From Macrostomum hystrix (taxonomy: Eukaryota; Animalia; Platyhelminthes), in NCBI GenBank assembly GCA_950097015.1, contig CATNEN010000001.1, positions 25,544,001-25,608,000 of the forward strand: a stretch of DNA of 64,000 nt, in the 5' to 3' direction. The notes under the pieces were generated by a model. That model was not told the DNA's origin, searched no databases, and saw nothing but the letters and a program-made list of their open reading frames with translations. Below are positions 14,156 through 25,063 of the stretch, in pieces; positions within the stretch are counted from its first letter, which is position 1, and each line of letters starts with the position of its first letter. The position numbers and the translations under genes are program-made.

Positions 14156-14797
14156 GTCCTTGCCCCGATCATGGATAAATCATGCATGGTCTATGTGCAA
14201 ATACATGCATGTAGCATGCATGAAGCATGTATGTTTTATCCATGTTCCATGCATGTTGCATGCATGTTACATGCATGGGTATCCATGTGTTAACCGTGTG
14301 TTTTCTAAAAACATGCGTGACTTATCCATGCGTGCAAGCCGGACATGCATGTTTTGCCCATGAATATCCCAATTGCACTATATACATGCACTTTCTGTGG
14401 ATACAGTCAGATGTAGGAAGCAAACCCAAAGCGAATTGCGGAATTCAAAAGAAATAAAAAAGCCCGTAATATAAACATCAGTCAAAGGAAGCAGCATCAG
14501 TTAATTAATGACTATAGGCTCACTTCCATGCTAAGAGGTAAAATAGCGAAGTTATACTGTTTATAAAATCTACTTGGAGGTTGCAAATTACGCTCGTATT
14601 ATCATGTGACAGTGATCAACACAGAATTTGTGCAACGTAGTAGAAAGTGAGATATTAGATGAAAGAACCGCCAATCGTTTACAATTACATCATTAAAATG
14701 CGTAGAAAGTTGCAGAGTGCAATACAGAAAGCAACAAATGAGCACATCAATATACAGTATGAGCATTCACAAGTATGACAGGAGTACGTACATTCGA

Positions 14798-16678
14798 AAG
14801 AAGGGAGCAGGGATAATAAAATGGCACGCTTTTAGGGCAGGTTGCATCTGCAAGAAGGGAGCAGGGATAATAAAATGGCACGCTTTTAGGGCAGGTTGCA
14901 TCTACAAGAAGGGAGCAGGGATAATAAAATGGCACGCTTTTAGGGCAGGTTGCATCTGCAAGAAGGGAGCAGGGATAATAAAATGGCACGCTTTTAGGGC
15001 AGGTTGCATCTACAAGAAGGGAGCAGGGATAATAAAATGGCACGCTTTTAGGGCAGGTTGCATCTGCAAGAAGGGAGCAGGGATAATAAAACGGCACGCT
15101 TTTAGGGCAGGTTGCATCTGCAAGAAGGGAGCAGGGATAATAAAATGGCACGCTTTTAGGGCAGGTTGCATCTGCAAGAAGGGAGCAGGGATAATAAAAC
15201 GGCACGCTTTTAGGGCAGGTTGCATCTGCAAGAAGGGAGCAGGGATAATAAAACGGCACGCTTTTAGGGCAGGTTGCATCTGCAAGAAGGGAGCAGGGAT
15301 AATAAAATGGCACGCTTTTAGGGCAGGTTGCATCTGCAAGAAGGGAGCAGGGATAATAAAATGGCACGCTTTTAGGGCAGGTTGCATCTGCAAGAAGGGA
15401 GCAGGGATAATAAAACGGCACGCTTTTAGGGCAGGTTGCATCTGCAAGAAGGGAGCAGGGATAATAAAACGGCACGCTTTTAGGGCAGGTTGCATCTGCA
15501 AGAAGGGAGCAGGGATAATAAAACGGCACGCTTTTAGGGCAGGTTGCATCTGCAAGAAGGGAGCAGGGATAATAAAACGGCACGCTTTTAGGGCAGGTTG
15601 CATCTGCAAGAAGGGAGCAGGGATAATAAAATGGCACGCTTTTAGGGCAGGTTGCATCTGCAAGAAGGGAGCAGGGATAATAAAACGGCACGCTTTTAGG
15701 GCAGGTTGCATCTGCAAGAAGGGAGCAGGGATAATAAAACGGCACGCTTTTAGGGCAGGTTGCATCTGCAAGAAGGGAGCAGGGATAATAAAACGGCACG
15801 CTTTTAGGGCAGGTTGCATCTGCAAGAAGGGAGCAGGGATAATAAAACGGCACGCTTTTAGGGCAGGTTGCATCTGCAAGAAGGGAGCAGGGATAATAAA
15901 ATGGCACGCTTTTAGGGCAGGTTGCATCTGCAAGAAGGGAGCAGGGATAATAAAATGGCACGCTTTTAGGGCAGGTTGCATCTGCAAGAAGGGAGCAGGG
16001 ATAATAAAATGGCACGCCTTTAGGGCAGGTTGCATCTGCAAGAAGGGAGCAGGGATAATAAAACGGCACGCTTTTAGGGCAGGTTGCATCTGCAAGAAGG
16101 GAGCAGGGATAATAAAATGGCACGCTTTTAGGGCAGGTTGCATCTGCAAGAAGGGAGCAGGGATAATAAAAAGGCACGCTTTTAGGGCAGGTTGCATCTG
16201 CAAGAAGGGGAGCAGGGATAATAAAACGGCACGCTTTTAGGGCAGGTTGCATCTGCAAGAAGGGAGCAGGGATAATAAAACGGCACGCTTTTAGGGCAGG
16301 TTGCATCTGCAAGAAGGGAGCAGGGATAATAAAACGGCACGCTTTTAGGGCAGGTTGCATCTGCAAGAAGGGAGCAGGGATAATAAAATGGCACGCTTTT
16401 AGGGCAGGTTGCATCTGCAAGAAGGGAGCAGGGATAATAAAAAGGCACGCTTTTAGGGCAGGTTGCATCTGCAAGAAGGGGAGCAGGGATAATAAAACGG
16501 CACGCTTTTAGGGCAGGTTGCATCTGCAAGAAGGGAGCAGGGATAATAAAACGGCACGCTTTTAGGGCAGGTTGCATCTGCAAGAAGGGAGCAGGGATAA
16601 TAAAACGGCACGCTTTTAGGGCAGGTTGGATCTACAAGAAGGGAGCAGGGATAATAAAACGGCACGCTTTTAGGGCAG
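14798..16678. repeat. 54-bp minisatellite, ~35 near-identical copies, inside the transposon
   Basis: Unit AAGAAGGGAGCAGGGATAATAAAA(T/C)GGCACGCTTTTAGGGCAGGTTGCATCTGC. Confidence 0.95.
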
Positions 16679-16689
16679 AAAAAATGAAA

Positions 16690-17330
16690 CTAGTCATGCA
16701 TGTAGCTATAGACCGGTACACTGCAAAATAGTGAGGGACCGCGCCATGGAATTAAAGTACAGGGCGCCAAAAAATCGGACAGCGGGACGTTAAGTATAGC
16801 GCTAGGACGAGTAATGTTATAGATGTTGAAGGAAATTAATTGGTTGGCATTAATGATCGAGTCGACTGTCTCCATCATTGCAACGTCTCTCGCACAGAAT
16901 GAAGTACCTTCATTGTTAAGTGTCTCGCGAATGACAGACGTAATGGGGTCAACAATACGCAAAGAAGCCATTTGACCTGTGATGCTGGATATAATACCGA
17001 TCTGCTTACCGCGCAGGAAAACAATCGAGTTCTTTGTCCTGCGAGCGGCATCCTCGTCAGAAGAACAGTACATACCCTGGTAGAACTGGATCCGATAGAA
17101 ATCATCGTCAGTGCCATGAGTTGAACTCTTTCGCTAGGCGATGATGACAATACACGGGATAATCGTTTTATCAGCAGCGTCTTTGATGCCATTTGACAAG
17201 CATAATTCCGTGTGCCCATTAACAACTTTTTGTAACGACCTATGGCACTCTCAAAGCCGAACATCGAGGCCACAGAGATAGGTCCAAAATTCTGGTACAT
17301 CATGGGATAGTGCACCAAAAAATGAAAATC
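16690..17330 (-). pseudogene. CACTA/EnSpm-like transposase C-terminal fragment (frameshifted)
   Basis: HFLVHYPMMYQNFGPISVASMFGFESAIGRYKKLLMGTRNYACQMA matches the H-x-L-x-H...GP...F-x-FES motif of EnSpm/CACTA transposases. Confidence 0.7.
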
Positions 17331-18234
17331 CGACGCAAATGCCGCAGAAGCAGAAGTCGACTTGGTAGTAACACGCTGTCTTTTTTGAGGTGGTGAGGGG
17401 TCATCGCGCTCGGGCCACTGTCATCAGAATCTTCGGAATCAAAGGTGGCTTGATCAAATGGTTTAGCAGGGATATACGCAGTAAATTATACATGTTTTAT
17501 TGCTTTTTTTCTTGATATACAGTATTTCGTGTACTTTCCTTCATTGAGAAAGTACTTATTTGAAGTTTTTATATAATGTTTAGAAATAATGCTTGTCGCA
17601 ATCATGCATTATGGCGAGTCTAGGGAAGGTGGAAGGGGATCAGGCCTTACTCCCCAGTGGCACCCGCGCTAGTGATTGGTTGGTCGCTCTTGGTGGGCAC
17701 TTCGAGGGAAAATTAAAGGCGGTGACTCATCGAGTAACGTGATTTTATAACCTGGCCCCTCACTTGCAATTCTATGGGGAAAACTGGCAGATAATGCCAG
17801 TGATCAAAAGAGTAAAATTACACTCCAAGGTCTTGGAGTGTGTTATGGAAAATAAATTTTCAGTGCACAATCTACTCAGATGTTACTTACCATTAATTTT
17901 ACTTTACTTGAAACGTCATTATATTTTTAATTCGCATTTAAAATATGTCGTGCAGAATAGAACTGGGAACTGAAAACCCGGTCACGTTTCTTAGTCTAAT
18001 CAGGACTTCGATGGATTCGAACTAAGATTTTGAAATCGTTACTGAATTTCCAGGGTTCGAAACAGTATAACTCTTTAGAGTAGTAGAACGATAAAATGCT
18101 AACTAGAAATAGTAATTAATGAGTAAATACTATCATGAAGTTTTTTAAAAACTATTAAGGAATCGATTGCAATCGTAGAAACGAATCCTATAGAATGAAC
18201 TTTTTTCTTTGAACATCGGCGTGGCTGTAAGAAA

Positions 18235-18544
18235 TGTAGTACGGCTGGAAATGTTCTTTTAAAATTGCGCTAAATATTTTATTGTTGCTATACAGTAACT
18301 ATAGCGATTGCAAATAACATTATTATGTTATTAATTTCTACTTTTATGACCCTTGAAAATAATGCAAATATTAATTATAAATTATTTTAATCGTTGTCTA
18401 ATTAAAATATAATCGCACCAGTTTGAAAAGCGCGCTGCAATCGATTGTAAGTGTAAAGGCGCGGCGCGGCGTGTAAACTGAAGACGTTAAATTGCTGTAG
18501 TAAAACTGTTTAAATTCGCGGCCTTCAAACTCAGTTATACTACA
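18235..18544 (+). repeat. 5' LTR
   Basis: Direct repeat of 24754-25063 with one visible substitution. Confidence 0.97.
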
Positions 18545-18546
18545 TT

Positions 18547-18557
18547 TGGCGACCACG
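18547..18557 (+). promoter_or_regulatory. Primer binding site (probably tRNA-Arg)
   Basis: TGGCGACCACG 2 nt after the 5' LTR; TGG is complementary to tRNA CCA; resembles the Arg PBS of 412/mdg1 elements. Confidence 0.75.
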
Positions 18558-18571
18558 CCAGCTCTACTATT

Positions 18572-19765
18572 ATGTGGAACGACCAGAACCTGGATGACGA
18601 CGATTTTTTGGAACTCCGAGGTCGACTTGTGAGACGTCAAAACGGGCACGCTATTCACGCCACGGCAGCCGCAGCGTCATTCTATGAACCATCTGAATCC
18701 ATGAGTGCGCGGTCACACTATCACTCTACCGGCCAGGCGACAAACCCGTTTCTGTCATCCGAGAATGTACGAGAGACAGAGATGCGGCATGCTCCGGTTT
18801 CATTAATATCGACAAACCCATTCCTGCCGCAGTTTGACCAGCATCCTCCAGCATTGAATCACCCGTTTTTCCAGTCGCCTCATCAGCAACATTGCCAACA
18901 GTTGTCAGAATATCAGGTTCAGCCACAGCGTTGTGTCCTGCCGCCGGTGCCAAAACCAGCTGCGTACAACGGTCGAGAGGATTTTGATGACTTCCTATTG
19001 CGAATTGGCGCCTACATGGGCCGTTTTCCCGGCCTTTTAGATTCAGACAAGGTCAGTACTCTGACGTCCTATCTTGGACCTGCTTTCATAACGTACACCA
19101 CATGGCTGGCGATGCAGTGCGCCCATTTTGGCCTGCCACCGAGCACAACACCGGACCAGCTTCCGGAACTTTCTTACGAGAACCTGGTCGAGCACCTCCG
19201 ATCGCGTCACGGTGGCTCGAAAAGTGCTGCACTTATTCGTCGCGAATTCCGTGCCCGGCAGCGTCGCCCCGAAGAGCGATTCGAGACATACCTGACGGAG
19301 CTACAGCGATTGGCGGCAAGGGCCTACCCGGACGTGAGAGCTCAAGCCTACGTACAGCAGATGGTCCTCGAGCAGTTCATGCACGGGCTCAACGACAACT
19401 ATGTCACGGAGAGACTGCTGAACCAGCCAGTACCGCCAGGGACTGCGGAGCAAGCACTGCGAATTGCCCAACAGTTTCGCGAGACGCAGGCATACATGGC
19501 TACTGCCAGTAGCAGCACTGGATCAGGACGAGTATTTAGCAGTGAGTTTCTGCCAAAAAGCTTGCCAGTGCCACCTAAAGCTTCGGTGCAGCCTAAGCAA
19601 CCTATTAACCAGCGGCCGATCTCATCTGAGAGGCGTGAGCAGCATCAGCCAGTAGCTGCAGGCCCAGTCTGTTTCGGCTGTAGTCGACCAGGCCACATCC
19701 GACGCAACTGCCCAAACGCCGAGGGGGCTGGTCCACGAGGCCAGCACTGGCCCTCTCAGCACTAA
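18572..19765 (+). CDS. gag: Gag polyprotein with CCHC zinc knuckle
   Basis: 397-aa ORF after the PBS; major-homology-like RRPEERFETYLTELQRLA; knuckle CFGCSRPGHIRRNC. Confidence 0.92.
   Translation: MWNDQNLDDDDFLELRGRLVRRQNGHAIHATAAAASFYEPSESMSARSHYHSTGQATNPFLSSENVRETEMRHAPVSLISTNPFLPQFDQHPPALNHPFFQSPHQQHCQQLSEYQVQPQRCVLPPVPKPAAYNGREDFDDFLLRIGAYMGRFPGLLDSDKVSTLTSYLGPAFITYTTWLAMQCAHFGLPPSTTPDQLPELSYENLVEHLRSRHGGSKSAALIRREFRARQRRPEERFETYLTELQRLAARAYPDVRAQAYVQQMVLEQFMHGLNDNYVTERLLNQPVPPGTAEQALRIAQQFRETQAYMATASSSTGSGRVFSSEFLPKSLPVPPKASVQPKQPINQRPISSERREQHQPVAAGPVCFGCSRPGHIRRNCPNAEGAGPRGQHWPSQH
19711..19760 (+). promoter_or_regulatory. Putative -1 ribosomal frameshift signal (slippery C CCA AAC plus downstream GC-rich stem)
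   Basis: X XXY YYZ heptamer in the correct gag phase, within the gag/pol overlap (pol frame open from 19684); pol is -1 relative to gag; downstream GCTGG/CCAGC, GGCCAG/CTGGCC and GAGGG/CCCTC pairings. Confidence 0.7.
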
Positions 19766-22700
19766 GACATTTGGCCTCCGTTCCACGCCCCAGCAGCTGC
19801 CAGCCTAGTAATGCACGCTTCGTGACCGCGCGCATCTTCAGACGACGACGCCACTGCCTGATCGATACCGGAGCAGAGGTGTCCTGCATCAGTGCCAACA
19901 TCTGTCAGAAGGCCAGGCGGCGGCTGCAGCCCAGCAACATCACCATCAAAGGCGTGGACGGAAACTTACAACCTGTGCTGGGTGAGACAACTGCGATACT
20001 GCAGATTGGAACTGTGAGAATTCAGCATCGTTTTGTTGTGCTAGAGAAGCTGTATCCAGCATCAGTCATCCTAGGCTGCGACCTACTAAGTGAGCATGAC
20101 ATCTCCATTCACCTACAAGCTGGCTGCATCACATTCAATCGCGTGAATGTTTCAGTCCCTATTCGGCAAAGCAAGGAAGCACCACAGACTTGCAGGCTGG
20201 TGTCAGCGGCCTCTGTGCAACTGCAGCCTGGACAGCACTGGATCATTCCCATCAAACCAGCGCAGCCTACCTCTTGGACTCAGTCAGCAGCCCCAGGCAT
20301 CATCACAGGGACAAAGCGGCAAGGCCTTCTGCTGGCTCGCTGCATTGCAAAGCTTGCTGACAGTGGCATGGGGTTGGCAGCAATCAACATCAGTGACCAG
20401 ATGATCAGCATCACGGACGGTGACGCCATCGGTAACTTCTCGCCATTAGGAAGTCAGCCGCTTATCCACTTAGCCCCCGCTGGCTCATCGGCGACAGCGG
20501 CGGCTGTCGTCGGTTCAACAGCGACAGTGGCGACCACTGCAGCCAGCAAGGTTGCTAGAGACATGACATTCGTAGCATCAGCTTCAGTAGTGGCGCGCCC
20601 ACCAGCTGAATGGCTTAGTAGCATCCAAATCGAACCCAGCATCTCGGCTGAAGAGCAACAGTCTGTCAAGGAGCTGCTATTGGAGTTCACCGACGTCTTC
20701 GCGTCACCTGGCAGCACCGGACAGACTGCCATCTTGCGTCACCGCATCGACACGGGTGTGGCACAACCGATTCGGCAGGGCCTTCGACGAGCGGCGCGCC
20801 CCGTCATCGACAAGCAGGCAGAGCTAGTCGACGACATGCTGGCCAAGGGGGTCATTCGACCGTCATCATCGCCATGGGCGTCGCCAATCGTGCTAGTTAA
20901 GAAGAAGGACGGAACAGCTCGGTTCTGCTTGGACTATCGGTTGCTCAACGAAGTCACCAAGCCAGACGCTTTCCCGATCCCACGCATCGATGACACTCTG
21001 GACGCGCTGGAAGGCAACGCCTACTTTTCGGCACTCGACCTGGAGAGTGGTTATTGGCAGGTCGAGGTCGATGAGCGCGACAAAGAGAAAACTGCCTTCA
21101 TCTGTCATCAGGGCCTCTTTGAATTTAATGTCATGCCGTTTGGGCTCCGAAACGCACCAGCCACATTTCAACGACTTATGCAACTTGTCCTCCAAGGCCT
21201 GACCTGGCAAGCCTGTCTGGTCTTCATCGATGATGTCATCATTATGGGCCGGACAATCGCTGAGCATAATGATCGGCTGCGGGCAGTGCTCGAGCGTCTG
21301 CGGGAGGCAAACTTGCGGCTGAAGCCATCTAAGTGCCGTTTTGCCAATACGTCAATGATTGCCCTCGGCCATCGAGTCTCAAAGGCCGGCATCGCCGTGG
21401 ACGAATCGAAGACGGCGGCCGTTCGCGATTGGCCGACACCGCGAAATTCCAAGGAGGTCAAGAGTTTCCTGGGCCTTACATCTTACTATCGGCGATTCGT
21501 CCGGGACTACTCTAAGATCGCCGAACCGCTTCGACGCCTGACCCTGCCGACGGAGAGATTTCAGTGGACACCGGCAGCGGAGGCTGCATTCAACGAGTTG
21601 AAGGTGGCACTGACATCGGCACCGATCCTAGCCTTTCCGGACACCAGCCCGACCAGCTCCGAGTACATTTTGGACACGGACGCCAGTGATTGCGCCGTCG
21701 GCGCGGTGCTTTCCCAGGTGCAGGCGGGCGTGGAGCGTGTCATTGCGTACTCCAGCCGAGCGCTTTCGAAGGCCGAACGAAACTACTGCGTCACAAGGCG
21801 AGAACTGCTCTCGGTCGTTGAGCACGTCAGGAAGTTTCGGACTTATCTGCTGCCTAGAAGGTTCACTGTGCGCGTCGATCACCAGTCCTTGACGCACCTG
21901 CTGACATTCAAGGAGCCCGAAGGGCAGCTGGCGCGGTGGCTCCAGGTGCTTGACGAGTTCGACTTCAAGGTGGTTTTCCGACCGGGACGGCAGCACAACA
22001 ACGCCGACTCTCTCTCTCGACGTCAGCAGCGATGCACTAACCAGTGTAGAGTCTGCCGGCCAGATCCAGCAATCACAAGCAAGGTGACTTCCGCAGTGGC
22101 CTGTCAGACCGACGACAAAGTCGAGCCAGCTGTCGTCGTCAGGGTCAACGTGGCGTCTGCAGGGCAGTCAGGACCGACTGGAGCTCGCCCGGCAGCCGTG
22201 ACGGAAGTCACCAACGTCAGTGCCCTGCAGTCAAGGCGCAAGCAGGAGCTTCGGCCTTTACCGAATGAGAGTGAAGAAGAGAGCAGTGAAGACGAGGCAC
22301 CTGAAGACAGCGAAGCACCAGCGGACTGCGGCGCGGCGCAGCCGTTGCGCACGCAGCAGCTTCATGATCCGATCATCGGCCCGGTGTTCCGGCTACTTTC
22401 CGACGGAAAATCTAAGTTCAGCGAGCAGCAGCGAGATCGTGTGCCACCTGAGAGCTTATTACTGGCTCAGAAGGGGCATGAACTCTGCTTCGTGAATGGC
22501 ATTATGCATCGGCTGATCAACTCGAAGCCTGTACCCGTCGTGCCCTGCAGCCTGCAACGCGGGATCATCGACGAAATACACGGCATCGGCCATCTGGGTG
22601 AAGACAAGACGCTAGCCAGCTTGAAGATGCGGTACTACTGGCCGAAGATGGCTGACAGCGTCCGGCTGGCAGTCCGTTCCTGTGAAGCGTGCCAGCGAGC

Positions 22701-23697
22701 CAAGACGCCTGTCATCAAGCGCGCACCGCTGCAGTCCATCGCAGCTGGTTTTCCGATGCAGCGCGTCGGTTTTGACGTGGTGAAGGTCGGCGTCTCCAAG
22801 AACGGCAACGATCGACTGCTTACAATCGTTGATTATTTTAGCAAATGGGTGGAGCTGGTGCCAATTCCTGACGAGAAGGCTACAACCATCGCCGCAGCGC
22901 TTTTCAACAACTGGATTGCGCGGTGGGGCGCTCCGCACATTCTCCACTCTGATCGTGGTCGGAGCATCGACGGCCGCATCATCCGCAGCCTCTGCAAGCT
23001 GCTGGACATCAGCAAGACCCGGACGTCCGGTTACCACCCGCAGTGTGATGGCCTTGTTGAGAGATTCCACCGCACTCTTCATCACATGCTGCGCTGCCAC
23101 CTTCAAGCAGTCGACCCGTTGGACTGGGAGGACGTTCTGCCGCATTGCCTTCTGGCTTACCGGAGCAGCATCAATGCGACAACTGGATTTTCTCCGCACT
23201 TCCTGATGACCGGCCGGGAGGTGGTGCTGCCGCTTGATGTGGTCTATCGGGTTCCGGAGCCCCCAGCGATCGTCGGCCAGTACGCGGCGGAGACAGTTTA
23301 CAGGCTCCAAGACGCCTTCGACACCGTGCGGAGAGCGACCGGGACAGCTCAGCGACGACAGCGACGCTACTACGACTCGAAGGCCCAGAAGCGCAAGTTC
23401 CGCGCTGGAGACACCGTGTGGCTTTTTGTGCCGCCTGCCGTGCTGTCCAGGACCAACGGCCTGCCCCCTAAACATCAGGCGCCATGGACAGGACCCTTCA
23501 AAGTTCTATGCAGGACCTCGCCGGTGAACTACCTGGTGCGGCCAGTCGATTACAAGGACGGAGAGGTCAAAGGGCGCGTCGTCCACGTGAACAAGTTGAA
23601 ACGAGCGCACCAGCCCCGCCCCGCTGACGGTCAGCAGGACGAGGCGGTCAGTGACGTCAGCACCGACGCCCTCGACGCTGATTGGGTGCTTGTGTAA
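19711..23697 (+). CDS. pol: Pol polyprotein (aspartic protease, reverse transcriptase, RNase H, integrase), probably expressed by frameshift from gag
   Basis: LIDTGAEVS protease; RT motifs PWASPIVLV, LDLESGYWQ, MPFGL, FIDD; RNase H DTDASDCAVGAVL...NADSLSR; integrase HHCC, D,D(35)E and WTGPF. Confidence 0.95.
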   Translation, partial: PKRRGGWSTRPALALSALRHLASVPRPSSCQPSNARFVTARIFRRRRHCLIDTGAEVSCISANICQKARRRLQPSNITIKGVDGNLQPVLGETTAILQIGTVRIQHRFVVLEKLYPASVILGCDLLSEHDISIHLQAGCITFNRVNVSVPIRQSKEAPQTCRLVSAASVQLQPGQHWIIPIKPAQPTSWTQSAAPGIITGTKRQGLLLARCIAKLADSGMGLAAINISDQMISITDGDAIGNFSPLGSQPLIHLAPAGSSATAAAVVGSTATVATTAASKVARDMTFVASASVVARPPAEWLSSIQIEPSISAEEQQSVKELLLEFTDVFASPGSTGQTAILRHRIDTGVAQPIRQGLRRAARPVIDKQAELVDDMLAKGVIRPSSSPWASPIVLVKKKDGTARFCLDYRLLNEVTKPDAFPIPRIDDTLDALEGNAYFSALDLESGYWQVEVDERDKEKTAFICHQGLFEFNVMPFGLRNAPATFQRLMQLVLQGLTWQACLVFIDDVIIMGRTIAEHNDRLRAVLERLREANLRLKPSKCRFANTSMIALGHRVSKAGIAVDESKTAAVRDWPTPRNSKEVKSFLGLTSYYRRFVRDYSKIAEPLRRLTLPTERFQWTPAAEAAFNELKVALTSAPILAFPDTSPTSSEYILDTDASDCAVGAVLSQVQAGVERVIAYSSRALSKAERNYCVTRRELLSVVEHVRKFRTYLLPRRFTVRVDHQSLTHLLTFKEPEGQLARWLQVLDEFDFKVVFRPGRQHNNADSLSRRQQRCTNQCRVCRPDPAITSKVTSAVACQTDDKVEPAVVVRVNVASAGQSGPTGARPAAVTEVTNVSALQSRRKQELRPLPNESEEESSEDEAPEDSEAPADCGAAQPLRTQQLHDPIIGPVFRLLSDGKSKFSEQQRDRVPPESLLLAQKGHELCFVNGIMHRLINSKPVPVVPCSLQRGIIDEIHGIGHLGEDKTLASLKMRYYWPKMADSVRLAVRSCEACQRAKTPVIKRAPLQSIAAGFPMQRVGFDVVKVGVSKNGNDRLLTIVDYFSKWVELVPIPDEKATTIAAALFNNWIARWGAPHILHSDRGRSIDGRIIRSLCKLLDISKTRTSGYHPQCDGLVERFHRTLHHMLRCHLQAVDPLDWEDVLPHCLLAYRSSINATTGFSPHFLMTGREVVLPLDVVYRVPEPPAIVGQYAAETVYRLQDAFDTVRRATGTAQRRQRRYYDSKAQKRKFRAGDTVWLFVPPAVLSRTNGLPPKHQAPWTGPFKVLCRTSPVNYLVRPVDYKDGEVKGRVVHVNKLKRAHQPRPADGQQDEAVSDVSTDALDADWVLV

Positions 23698-24753
23698 GCG
23701 CAGGCTGGAGCAACCTTTTTTTTTCTCTTCGGACAGTCTTTGTCGTCTGGGCTGCTACTATCATCGCTGTATTGTTTTTCTTTGTTGAGCAGCGTTCTGA
23801 TTGGGTGCGTGTTGCAGGCGAGTGGCCTGGTCGTCGGGCGTTCACTTGAGTGATGTTGAATTTTAGCAATTGTTTTGCATTTGCACTTTTTTTACATTGA
23901 CCAGTGTCTTACAATTTTTTTAACTTTTACAAATCTTTTACAACCTGACTGCCGCGGATTGTTTCCGATCCGAGCAGTTTTTAATTCCTTGTTAGGAAAG
24001 CTTTATCCTTAATACTCAATATCTAATTTCAATATTTCAATATTAATGTACATGTACGCTGTGCCGTTATTAATCTCTCGCATCCTGGAAACTCAGTCTG
24101 GGTGTGTACTGTAACACCCTGTTGTGATGCCCTTATGTAAAATTGCATTTTGTGGTTGGGTATATTTTTCTATTTTAACTGTTCCCGTTGCATTATGTTC
24201 GCCGTCAAATTGTTTTGATCTCGCGGTTTTTTTTTCCTTTGTGTCAAATGCCCTCTGTGGCCTGCGGAAATCACTGTGTTCCCGTTGTTAAGCCATCTTG
24301 AGCACTTACTTGTATCTGTGTCGCGAACGTGTGCGAGTCAAGCAGTGCGAATTTTTCCCTGCGGCACCAGTCCACCTCTTGCCGGTCAACCCTTTGTTAA
24401 CCAAAACTCTTATCGTATTTGTTCGCGTCCGCCGTTCAGCGTGTCGTGCGTATTATCCCCTGCTCTTGAGCAAGGTGTTTAATGCTGTTGTTTTAATCGC
24501 TTTGATATTTTCTCATATATGATACTTTCCTGTATTGTATGCTCTAGTTAGCGCATTCTCATGCGTGGATGTCTGGCCTTTTACGACCCTGCCTACTGCT
24601 AGTAGTGTGGTTGAGCCCAGCAAGGGTTATGCGTATTTCGTTCTGATTGCCGGATTTTGCGTTGAATGCCGCCCAGTTATTTTGTGCTCTCGTGCCTATC
24701 GTTGTCCGCGCCTGTTTGCAATGAGGACATTGCCTTGTCGTAGAGGAGTGTTG

Positions 24754-25063
24754 TGTAGTACGGCTGGAAATGTTCTTTTAAAATTGCGCTAAATATTTAA
24801 TTGTTGCTATACAGTAACTATAGCGATTGCAAATAACATTATTATGTTATTAATTTCTACTTTTATGACCCTTGAAAATAATGCAAATATTAATTATAAA
24901 TTATTTTAATCGTTGTCTAATTAAAATATAATCGCACCAGTTTGAAAAGCGCGCTGCAATCGATTGTAAGTGTAAAGGCGCGGCGCGGCGTGTAAACTGA
25001 AGACGTTAAATTGCTGTAGTAAAACTGTTTAAATTCGCGGCCTTCAAACTCAGTTATACTACA
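24754..25063 (+). repeat. 3' LTR
   Basis: Direct repeat of 18235-18544. Confidence 0.97.

Larger units (their letters stand above)
13271..17625 (-). mobile_element. Non-autonomous/deleted CMC (CACTA/EnSpm/Mirage-type) DNA transposon, 4355 bp
   Basis: Empty site in the paralogous unit (CTGATCCCAA|GGTGGAAGGGG at ~63380-63400); AA duplicated on both sides (13269-70, 17626-27); imperfect TIRs CCCTGGACCC / CCCTAGACTC; minus-strand transposase C-terminal fragment. Confidence 0.85.
5640..18170 (+). repeat. Segmental duplication copy 1 (paralogous to 53380-64000)
   Basis: Colinear high-identity match to 53380-64000 apart from satellite length, the 13271-17625 insertion here and the 57017-61126 insertion there. 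Confidence 0.95.
18235..25063 (+). mobile_element. Full-length Ty3/Gypsy LTR retrotransposon (412/mdg1-like termini and PBS), 6829 bp
   Basis: 310-bp LTRs at 18235-18544 and 24754-25063 (TGTAGTA...TACTACA); 4-bp TSD GAAA (18231-34, 25064-67); PBS TGGCGACCACG; purine tract before the 3' LTR; intact gag and PR-RT-RH-IN pol. Confidence 0.97.

Noticed and set aside
13042-14178. 378-aa poly-T/Y/L ORF
   Set aside because: Runs across a transposon boundary into a (TAC)n microsatellite.
14717-16665. 507-575-aa Cys/Lys repeat ORFs
   Set aside because: 54-bp satellite translation on both strands with frameshifting indels.
22612-23475. 287-aa antisense ORF in integrase, and similar antisense ORFs over the ZF/ANK exons
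   Set aside because: Expected shadow ORFs of GC-rich coding sequence; no recognisable motifs.
23698-24753. Possible env/ORF3 in the Gypsy 3' region
   Set aside because: Only short ORFs under 90 aa, with no signal-peptide/furin/TM architecture; T-rich UTR-like sequence.
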